A stretch of 64,000 nucleotides of DNA, from contig CM069144.1 in NCBI GenBank assembly GCA_035221665.1, positions 27,962,001 through 28,026,000 on the forward strand, written 5' to 3'. The position numbers and the translations under genes were made by a program. Below are positions 53,467 through 64,000 of this stretch, one piece after another; position 1 is the stretch's first letter, and every line of letters begins with the position of its first letter. Under the pieces are notes generated by a model that was given only the letters and a program-made list of their open reading frames with translations, was not told the DNA's origin and did not search any database. Source of the DNA: Okamejei kenojei (Eukaryota).

Positions 53467-55480
53467 AAATGCGGTCACACCAACGTATTTTACAACTGCA
53501 ACATAACATTCCAACTTCTATACTCAATACTCTGACTGATTATTGCCAAAGTGCCAAAAGCCTTTTTGACCACCTTATCTACCTGCGACTCAACCTTCAA
53601 GGAACTATGGATCGGTACTCCTAGATCCCTTTGCTCTACAACATTACATAGAGGCCTACCATTTACTGTGTAAGTCCTGCCCTTGTTCGACGTCCCAAAA
53701 TGCAACACATCACACTTTTTTATATTAAATTCCATCAACCATTCCTCCGCCCACCTGGCTAATCGATCCAGATCCTGCTGCAATCTTTCTCAACCATCTT
53801 CACTATCTGCAAAACCACTAACTTTTGTATAATCAACGAACTTGCTAATCTTGCCCTGTATGTTCTCATCCAAATCATTGATGTAGATGACAAACAGTAA
53901 CAGGCCCAGCACCGAACGCTGAGGCACACCACTTGTCACAGGCCTCCAGTCTCAGAAGCAACCTTCCACCATCACCCTCTGCTTCCTTGCATGGAGCCAA
54001 TTTGCTATCCATTCAGCTATTTCTCCTTGGATCCCATGCGATCTAACCTTCCAGAGCAGCCTACCATACGGAACACTGAGGAATGCCTTACTGATGTCCA
54101 TGTACACAATATCTATAGCTCTGCCCTCATCAACCTTTTTGGTCATGTTTTCAAAATAATCTATCAGATTTGTGAGACACGACCTCCCATGTACAAAACC
54201 ATGCTGACTATCCCTAATCAGCCCTTGCCCATCCAAATGCCTGTATAACCTACCCTTCAGAATACTCTCCAATAACTTACCAACTACAGATGTTAAGCTC
54301 ACTGGCCTATAGTTCCCAGCATTTCCCCTGCAGCCCTTCTTGAAAAGAGGCACAACATTTGCCACCCTCCAGTCTTCCGGCAACTCTCCTTATTTAAGGA
54401 CGATTCGTAAATTTCAACCAGTGCTCCCGCAATTTCCTCTCTAGTTTCCCGCAATGTCCTCGGATATATCTGATCAGGCCCTGGAGACTTGTCCTTTCAA
54501 ACACGACAGTACCTTCAGTACTTCTTCGACTGTAACCATGACTGCTCTCAAGACATTTCCGGTGACTGCTCTAATTTCCTCTGTCCTACTGTCTTTCTCC
54601 TTGGTGAATACAGAGGATTTGATTCCTGAGAGGTCTCACTCTTGCCCTTCCCAATTTCCCAATACTAGATCCAGCGTTGCCCTCTCATGTGTGGGGGCCT
54701 CCACATACTGCTTAAGAAAACTCTCCTGAACACATTTAAGGAATTGCACCCCATCTAAACCATTCACACTATGATTTCCCCAGTCTATATTGGGAAAGTT
54801 AAAATCCCCTACTACAACAACCTTATTTGACCTGCAGCTGTCTGCAATCTCCCGTCACAATTGTTCTTCTAATTCCCGTTGACTATTCGGGGGTCTGTGG
54901 TACACCACCAACAAGGTGACCATCCCTTTCTTGTTCCTCAGCTCCACCCATATAGCCTCACTAGACGAACAGTCCGTAATGTCACCTCTGAACACTGCCG
55001 TGACATCCTTCTTAACCAACAATGCAACCCCCCCCCCCCTCTTTTTCCCTCACCTCTGTCTCCCCTGAAGATCTTGTTCCCCGGAACATTGAGGTGCCAG
55101 TCCTGCCTGTCCCCTAACCAGTCATGGCTACAATGTCCCAGTCGCTCGTATCCATGTCTTAAGCTCATCTGCCTTACCTGTCAGGCCCCTTGCATTAAAA
55201 TATTTGCAGTATAAACCAACCCTCCTTCCTCGCACTCCGCCATGACTCTCTATTCTACCCACTAGAATAGGCATGACTGCCTATTCTATCCACTAACCTT
55301 TCCCACACCACCCTCCATACCAACTTCTAGCCTCTCACATGCCTTTGTCCTGCACAAGATCCCACCAGTTCTAGTCAGCAAAATGGAGGCATCGGTCAGA
55401 TATAGGCAGCTTAAACAAAATGAATCCCTTGAGGAATATGTGATGAAGGAATGCACTTCAGGAAATCAGGAGGACAAATA

Positions 55481-55980
55481 TAACCATATAACAATTACAG
55501 CACGGAAACAGGCCCTCTTGGCCCTTCCAGTCCGTGCCGACCATTTGTTTTCCCCTAGTCCCATCTACCTGCACTCAGACCATACCCCTCCATTCCCTTC
55601 ACGTCCATATACCTATCCACTTTACTTTTAAATGTTAAAATCGATCCTGCCATCCACCACTTCTGCTGGAAGCTCATTCCACACAGCCACCACCCTCTGA
55701 GTAAAGAAGTTCCCCCTCACGTTACCCCTAAACTTCTGTCCCTTAATTCTCATGTCATGCCCTCTTGTTTGAATCTTCCCTACCCTCAATGGGAAAAACT
55801 TATCCACGTCAACTCTGTCAATCCCTTTCATCATTTTAAAGACCTCAATCAAGTCCCCCCTTAACCTTCTGCGCTCCAAAGAATAAAGACCTAACTTGTT
55901 CAACCTTTCTCTGTAACATAGTTGCTGGAACCCTGGCAACATTCTAGTAAATCTCCTCTGTACTCTCTCTATTTTGTTGA
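55481..55980 (-). mobile_element. CR1 3' fragment
   Basis: ERVQRRFTRMLPG..LGLYSLERRRLRGDLIEVFK; CR1 3' UTR. Confidence 0.85.
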
Positions 55981-57918
55981 CAACTAAAGGACATGAGATT
56001 TCCTTGGCAGATACCATAAAGGAGTATCCTAAAGGATTGTACAATTATATTTGGAGAAAAAGCCTAAATAGGGTGAGAATAGGTTCCCTTATGGATCAGT
56101 GTGGTCATTTATTGAAAAGGACAACAGAGTAGTTTTGGCCATATGGACATTAGCAAGGCCTTTGACAAAGTCCTGTATGGCAGTCTGGTCCAGAAGGCTG
56201 GATCTGATGGGCTCCAGGATGTGTAAGCATACTGTGTATAAAATTAGCCTGGTAGGACGAGTCAGAGGACTTGCTTTTCAGATTCTGGCCTGTGACCTGT
56301 AGTGTGCTGCAGGAATCAGTGCTGGGTCCCCAATTGCTTGTCATTTATATGAATGATTTGGATGAGTATGTAGTTGGCATAATTAGTAAACCACATTTGG
56401 AGTATTATGTGTAGAAAGGAACTGCAGATGCTAGTTTAAACTGAAGAAAGACACAAAAAGCTGAAGTATTTCAGCAGGTCAGGCAGCATCTCTGGAGAAA
56501 AGAAATACTGTAAGTGACATTTCGGGTCGGGAAGGGTCTCGACCCAAAATTTCATCTATTCCTTTTCTCCTGAGATGCTGTCTGATTGCTGAGTTACTCC
56601 AGCTTTTTGTGTTTATCTTGGAGTATTCTGTGCAGTTTTGGTCGCCCAGTTATTAGAAGGATATGATTAAGCTAGAGAGGATGCATGAAAGATTCACAAG
56701 GATGTTGCCCAGACTAAAGACCTTGAAGTATAAAGAACGACTGGATATGCTGGGATTGTTTTCGTGGACTGTGAGAGGCTAAAGGGTGACCTTATTGTGG
56801 TTGATAAAATCATGAGTGGCAGAGAAAAAATTGTCCCAGTCTTAGTCCCCCCTCCCCCCCGCTGTAAGGAGGTCTAAACATGGAGGACATTGGATTAAGG
56901 TGAGAGGGAGAGATTTAAAGAGGACCTGAGAAGCATGTTTTTCACACAGGGCATATGGAATGAGTAGCCTGAGGAAGTAGTAGATGTAGGTACAATTACA
57001 ATGTTTAAAAAACATTTAGACAAGTAGATGCACACGGAAGGTTCAGAGGGAAATGGGTCAAATGCAGGCAAATAGGTCTAGCTTAGGTCAACGTGGCCGA
57101 CTAGGGTCGAAGGGCCTGTTTCGTTGCTATATAACTCTGACTCCATTATTCACTCTACCTACTACTACCGGCAATTAATGTTGAAAGAACTAATGCACAA
57201 CAGCATTCACTGATTTGATGGCCTGGACCAACTCTGCGTTACGCACTTGGTTGAGGCTTTCGATTAGAAACACTTTTACACTTTGTTTTAACATCTCCAT
57301 TACAATAATCCACATAATTGACTTGAAACTTAATTGGACCCAGTCGCATAAACACCAAGGCTGCAACAGAAAAATAGAGACTAAATATTGTACAATAGTG
57401 TCTCAGCTCTTCTGACTGAATGGGAGGGGTGGTGGGGTGGGGAGAAATCTAGGAGAAATGAGGAGCAAGACAAAGCTTTGAACTAAAGGCCAGAGATGAA
57501 AAGACAGAAGATGTGAGGCAAAAAGATTGAAGGGTTGAGAAATGCGAAGACAATGGAAAGTATATATATTGGACGAGGAGGGGAGAAATAGGTGTGGAGT
57601 CTGGGTGGGGCATAGTGGAGGAGGGTGGAATAAAGGAAGGGGTGGGGAAGAAGGGGAGGGCTTATATGGGGGAGGAATGGAGAGGAGGAGAGTTATGTAG
57701 TTATTATATACTTCAAAATAGTAAAGGCCACTACACATTGCCCATGGTATGTGGGTGAGTGTTAGTATCTGGGGTTAGTTGATGGTAACGTGGCGAAAAT
57801 AAAATGGGATTTTTGTAAATGGGTGGTTGGTATGTGCCTCTAACACGTATAAAGCTCAATACCATTTGAAAAAATCCAACCTAATAACCTCTCCACGTTT
57901 CAGCACTCACCCACTCTA

Positions 57919-60900
57919 TCATAGAAACATAGAAACATAGAAATTAGGTGCAGGAGTAGGCCATTCAGCCTTCGAGCCTGCACCGCCATTCAATATGATC
58001 ATGGCTGATCATCCAACTCAGTATCCCGTACCTGCCTTCTCTCCATACCTCTGATCCCCTTAGCCACAAGGGCCACATCCAACTCACTCTTAAATATAGC
58101 CAATGAACTGGCCTCAACTACCCTCTGTGGCAGAGAGTTCCAGAGACTCACCACTCTCTGTGTGAAAAAAGTCTTTCTCATCTCGGTCTTAAAGGATTTC
58201 CCCCTTATCCTTAAGCTGTGACCCCTTGTCCTGGACTTCCCCAACATCGGGAACAATCTTCCTGCATCTAGCCTGTCCAACCCTTAAGAATTTTGTAAGT
58301 TTTCTATAAGATCCCTCTCAATCTCCTAAATTCCAGAGAGTATAAACCGAGTCTATCCAGTCTTTCTTCATAAGACAGTCCTGACATCCCAGGAATCAGT
58401 CTGGTGAACCTTCTCTGCACTCCCTCTAAGGCAATAATGTCCTTCCTCAGATTTGGAGACCAAAACTGTACGCAATACTCCAGGTGTGGTCTCACCAAGA
58501 CCCTGTACAACTGAAGTAGAACCTCCCTGCTCCTGTACTCAAATCCTTTTGCTATGAAAGCTAACATACCATTCGCTTTTTTCACTGCCTGCTGCACCTA
58601 CATGCCTACTTTCAATGACTGGTGTACCATGACACCCAGGTCTCGCTGCATCTCCCCTTTTCCTAATCGGCCACCATTTAAATAATAGTCTGCTTTCCTG
58701 TTTTTGCCACCAAAGTGGATAACCTCACATTTATCCACATTATACTGCATCTGCCAAACATTTGCCCACTCACCCAGCCTATCCAAGTCACCTTGCAGTC
58801 TCCTAGCATCCTCCTCACAGCTAACACTGCCCCCCAGCTTAGTGTCATCGCAAACTTGGAGATATTGCCTTCAATTCCCTCATCCAGATCATTAATATAT
58901 ATTGTAAATAGCTGGGTCCCAGCACTGAGCCCTGCGGTACCTCACTAGTCACTGCCTGCCATTGTGAAAAGGACCCGTTTTACTCCTACTCTTTGCTTCC
59001 TGTTTGCCAGCCAGTTCTCTATCCACATCAATACTGAACCCCTAATACCGAATGCTTTAAGTTTGTTATACTAATCTCTTATGTGGGACCTTGTCGAAAG
59101 CCTTCTGGAAGTCCAGATATACCACATCCACTGGTTCTCCCTTATCCACGCTACTAGTACATCCTCGAAAAATTCCACAAGATTCGTCAGGGACATGATT
59201 TACCTTTCGTAAATCCATGCTGACTTTGTCCAATGATTTCACCACTTTCAAATGTGCTGTTATCCCATCTTTAATAACTGGACTCTAGCAGTTTCCCCAC
59301 TACCGATGTTAGACTAACTGGTCTGTAATTCCCCGTTTTTCTCTCTCCCTCCCTTCTTAAAAAGAGGGTTACATTTGCTACCCGCCAATCCTCAGGAACT
59401 ACTCCAGAATCTAAAGAGTTTGAAAGATTATCACTAATGCATCCACTATTTCCTGAGCTACTTCCTTAAGTACTCTGGGATGCAGCCTATCTGGCCCAGG
59501 GGATTTATCGGCCTTTAATCTATTCAATTTACCCAACACCACTTCCCGACTGACCTGGATTTCACTCAATTCCTCCTTTGACCCACAGTCCCCTGCTATT
59601 TCCGGCAGATTATTTATGTCTTCGTTAGTGAAGACGGAACCAAAAGTAGTTATTCAATTGGTCCGCCATATCCTTGTTCCCCATGATCAACTCACCTGTT
59701 TCTGACTGCAAGGGACCTACATTTGTTTTAACTAACCTCTTTCTCTTCACATATCTATAAAAACTTTTGCAGTCAGTTTTTATGTTCCCTGCCAGTTTTC
59801 TTTCATAATCTATTTTTCCTTTCCTAATTAAGCCCTTTGTCCTCCTCTGCTGGTCTCTGAATTTCTCCCAGTCCTCTGGTATGCTGCTTTTTCTGGCTAC
59901 TTTGTACGCATCATCCTTTGCTTTGATCCCTGATTTCCCTTGTTATCCACGGATGCACTACCTTCCCCGATTTATTCTTTTGCCAAACTGGGATGAACAA
60001 TTTTTGTAATTCATCCATGCAGTCTTTAAATGTCTTCCATTGTATATCCACCGTCAACCCTTTTAGAATTAATTGCCAGTCAATCTTGGCCAATTCACGT
60101 CTCATACCCTCAAAGTTACCTTTCTTTAAGTTCAGAACCATTGTTTCTGAATTAACAATGTCACTCTCCATCCTAATGAAGAAACTCAACCATATTATGG
60201 TCACTCTTGCCCAAGGGGGCACGTACAAACAAGACGGCTAACTACCCCTTCCTCATTACTCAAAACCCAGTCTAAAATAGCCTGCTCTCTCGTTGGTTCC
60301 TCTACATGTTGATTTAGATAACTATCCCGCATACATTCCAAAAAATCCTCTTCCTCAGCACCCCTGCCAATTTGATTAACCCAATCTATATGTAGATTGA
60401 AGTCACCCATTATAACTGTTTTGCCTTTGTCGCACGCATTTCTAATTTCCTGTTTGATACCATCCCCAACTTCTCTGCTACTGTTAGGTGGCCTGTACAC
60501 AACACCCACCAGCGTTTTCTGCCCCTTAGTGTTTTGTAGCTCTACCATACCGATTCCACATCCTCCAAGCTAATGTCCTTCCTTTCCATTGCGTTAATCT
60601 CCTCTCTAACCAGCAACGCTACCCCACCTCCTTTTCCTTTCTCTCTATCCCTCCTGAATATTGAATATCCATGGATGTTCAGCTCCCAGCCTACGTCACC
60701 CTGGAGCCATGTCTCCGTGATCCCAACTATATCATAATCATTAATATCTATCTGCACGTTCAACTCGTCCACCTTATTCCGAATACTCCTTGCATTGAGA
60801 CACAAAGCCTTCAGGCTTGTCTTTACAACGCACTTACCCCTTATACAATTTTGCTGAAAAGTGGCCCTTTTTGATTTTTGCCCTGGTTTTGTCTGCCTGC

Positions 60901-62532
60901 CACTTTTACTTTTCACCTTGCTACCTATTGCTTCTACCCTCATTTTACACCCACCTGCCTCTCTGCTCTTGTACCCATCCCCCTGCCACATTAGTTTAAA
61001 TCCTCCCCGACAGCACTAGCAAACACTCCCCCAAGAACATTGGTTCCATTCCATTCCAGGTGCAAACGTCCTGTTTGTACCGGTCCCACCTCCCCCAGAA
61101 CTGGTCCCAGTGCCCTAAAAATTTGAATCCCTCACCCTTGCACCACTTTTCAAGCACGTATTCATTTGCAATATCCTCCTATTTCTACTCTGACTGGCCC
61201 GTGGTACTGGTAGTAATCCGGAGATTACTACCTTTGAGGTCCTACTTTTAAGTTTATCTCCTAGCTCCCTAAATTCACCTTGTAGGACCTCATCCCTTTT
61301 TTTACCTATATCGTTGGTGCCAACATGTACACGACAACTGGCTGTTCACCCTCCCCTCCAGAATGTTCTGCAGCCGTTCAGTGACATCCCTGACCTTTGC
61401 ACCAGGGAGGCAACATACCATCCTGGAGTCTCGTTTGCGGCCGCAGAAACGCCTATCTATTCCCCTGACAATTGAATCCCCTATTACTATTGCCCTTCCC
61501 CTCCTTTTTCCCCCCTCATGTGCTGCAGAGCCACCCATGGTGCATGAACTTGGCTGCTGCTGCATTCCCCTGATGAGCCATCTCCCTCAACAGTATCCAA
61601 AATGGTATACTGTTTAGGAGGGAGATGACCGCAGGGGACTCCTGCACTACCTGCCTACTGCTTTGCTGGCTATTGGCCACCCGTTCCCTTTTTGTCCTCT
61701 TACCTTTTGCCTGCGGTGTGACCAACTCACTGTACGTGCTATCCACGACTTTCTCCGCATCGTGGATGCTCCAGTATGAATCCAGCCGCAGTTCCAATCG
61801 TTCAATGCGGTCTGCCAGGAGCTGCAGCTGGACACACTTCCTGCAAACGTAGTCACCAGGGACACCGACCATCTCCCTGATCTCCCACATGTTGCAGGCT
61901 GAACAAACCACGGGGGCCAATCTCTACTGCCATACCTTACTCCCAAATTACTCTGTATTAAATATTAAAAAAACACAAAAACTTATCCTTTAAACTTTAC
62001 TACTAAATACTGAATCCTTAACTCCCAGAATCCCTAACTCCCAGAAGGCAGAAATGTAAAATTGTAAACCCGGGGTTGCACCCAATCAGCTGCTTCCTCG
62101 GGTCCTCTTCCACCAATCAGCGGCTTCCTCAAAAAAACCCACTTCTCCAAATGGAATGTTATGGATTTGGGTAAAAACAAGCCCCGCGCTAGATTTTATA
62201 GCTTACCGGTCGGGTGTCGCTCCTCCCCCTCCTCCTCTTCCAACGGCTCCTGTGGGCCTCTGAAAAAACAAGCCCCGCGCTAGATTTTAAAGCTTACCGG
62301 TCGGGTGTCGCTTTCCTCCCCCTCCTCCTTTCCAACGGCTCCTGTGGGCCTCTGAAAAACAAGCCCCGCGCTAGATTTTATAGCTTACCGGTCGGGTGTC
62401 GCTCCTCCCCCTCCTCCTCTTCCAACGGCTCCTGTGGGCCTCTGAAAAAACAAGCCCAGCGCTAGATTTTATAGCTTACCGGTCGGGTGTCGCTCCTCCC
62501 CCTCCTCCTCTTCCAACGGCTCCTGTGGGCCT
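57919..62532 (-). mobile_element. Near full-length CR1 LINE
   Basis: ORF1 from ATG 61933 with zinc finger (CSAC..CRKC) and SGNH esterase (GDSIVRG); ORF2 APE (NARSIRNK, ITETW, GDFN) and RT (YLDFQKAFDKVPH) to TGA 58018; (TTTCTATG)n 3' tail; scattered 1-nt indels. Confidence 0.93.
62175..62532. repeat. Tandem repeat, 4 x ~91 bp, in the CR1 5' UTR
   Basis: Unit AAAACAAGCCCCGCGCTAGATTTTATAGCTTACCGGTCGGGTGTCGCTCCTCCCCCTCCTCCTCTTCCAACGGCTCCTGTGGGCCTC repeated near-identically. Confidence 0.92.
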
Positions 62533-62629
62533 CACCAGCCTGCTACAGCATGTGCTATCTACTAAACCCCATTTAGTAGTACAAAATAGCCCAAAGTTCT
62601 TTATGCAACCAACACAGTTCATAATTCAT

Positions 62630-63496
62630 ACTTGGTGTTTTGTCGTGTTTGGGGGCGGTCGGTTGGGGGTGCTGCGAGTCGGCTGCCCTGCCAGCAGCAT
62701 GTTCGTTATTTTGACTTTTTTTTCTTTTTAGTATTTCCAAATGGTTGTTTTAGTGTCTCTCGGTGTGTCTTGTGTGGGGGGTGGTGGGGGGGGGGGGGTG
62801 AAAGGGGGGAAACCGTTTTTCAGGCACCTCCTCGACAGAGAGGTGACTTTCAGCTTGGATTGAAGTGGCCTTTCCTGGAGTCAGGCCCAGAGCTTCAGCA
62901 GCGGGCGCAGCGTGAACTTTTCTATCGCGGAGCGGGGACGAACCCTTGCCGGGGCTCGCCAGAAAGGAGTGCTCCGATTGCTGGCCTGGTGACTTTGCAT
63001 CGTGGGGCTGTGGTCTGCGGAGCTTCTAGCCACAGGCGTGGCGTGGACTTACCATCCGGAGCCTGGTATTCTTTGGCAGGGATCACAGTGAAAGAGCTCC
63101 GACCACCGGCCTGTGGCCTATAACATCCTGAAGCTGTGGTCTCCGGTAAGAAAGTTGGCCAATCTCGGGACCTCCAAGAGTGTGTTCGACCGTCCCAACG
63201 TCAGAGTTTTGATCATCCTGACGAGAGGGCATGTATATCCGGCCGTCCGTAGCGGTGACTACAGAGGGTTCATGGCCCCGACCACGGATGAACGGGGGAG
63301 GAGAACTGACTGAACATTATTGCCTTCCACCACAGTGAAGAATGTTGATTCCACTGTGGTGGATGTTCATGTTAAAGTCCATTGTGTATTGTGCTCTTTT
63401 TGATTGTGTAGCTGCATGGTAAATCAAATGTCACTGTACCTTAATTGGTGCATGTGGCAATAAATGTTAACTTGAACTTGAACGGGAACTTGAACT
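62630..63496 (+). mobile_element. Non-coding retroposon fragment ending in a (AACTTG)n tail
   Basis: GC-rich body followed by AATAAA and AACTTGAACTTGAAC, a LINE-type microsatellite tail; family not assignable. Confidence 0.45.
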
Positions 63497-64000
63497 TTAA
63501 GGGCCTGATGGTTTTTTAGAAGAAACTGTTTCTGAACTCCTATGCCTTCAATCACAATGGCAGGAGTGAAATTACAATGTAGTATGGGTCTTTGATGATG
63601 CTGGCAGCCTTTTGAGAAAGCGTCTCCTTCAGATCCCTTTGATGGTGGGGAGGTCAGTACCCAAGATGGACTGGGCAGTGTTCACCACTTTTTGCAATCC
63701 CCTTTGTTCCTGGGCATCCGAGTTGCAAACCGGGCGGTGATGCAACCAGTCAATATGCTCTCTACAGCACACCTGTCGAAGTTAAAGAATGTATGACATA
63801 CAAATCTGCTCAATTAGAAGTCTGTGTAACAGTGGTAATAGAATAAACTCGAAAGAACAGACGGCGCACTCCTGCTCCTGTATCTTATGTTCTTACGTTC
63901 TAAGTAGGAGTGACAATATATGTTGACCTTACTTGCAGCACCTCTTTCTCTAAACTTTAAAGAAGCCCCCCTATTAGAAAAATACCTGCCAAGTGCCAAC

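Larger units (their letters stand above)
46745..55330 (-). mobile_element. CR1 LINE interrupted by the L1 insertion
   Basis: ORF2 3' end at 46854-47186 continues across the L1 TSD into 53479-54400 (RT: YRPVSLTSVVGKLLE, QHGF, SCLTNL) and APE remnants to ~55200. Confidence 0.88.

Noticed and set aside
62632-63313. 163-aa GC-rich ORF
   Set aside because: Within a repeat with a microsatellite tail, non-ATG start, no recognisable domain

Overview
Vertebrate genomic DNA, most likely from a cartilaginous fish (skate/ray; inferred from the repeat landscape). The main gene is a complete 14-coding-exon AIRE (autoimmune regulator) on the minus strand. Its CDS runs 39164->11942, is 1707 nt (568 aa) by manual splicing, and every intron is GT-AG and phase-compatible. 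It encodes CARD/HSR, NLS, SAND, PHD1, PHD2 and the C-terminal DGILQWA tail. A splice acceptor sits directly before the ATG. A candidate non-coding first exon with a TATA promoter lies at ~42.7-42.95 kb, and a cluster of NF-kB-like sites at ~44.3-44.7 kb. AIRE intron 3 (~10 kb) is almost entirely a nested pair of DIRS1-type tyrosine-recombinase retrotransposons in opposite orientation. A second, unidentified minus-strand gene starts at a CpG-rich promoter near 3.1 kb. The rest is mostly transposon sequence: CR1 LINEs (one near full length), a full-length L1/Tx1-like LINE with a 12-bp TSD nested inside a CR1, MITEs, and many Penelope-type repeats carrying hammerhead-ribozyme core motifs. I found no evidence for a wholly new multi-gene system. 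The best leads are the AIRE regulatory architecture and the nested DIRS pair.
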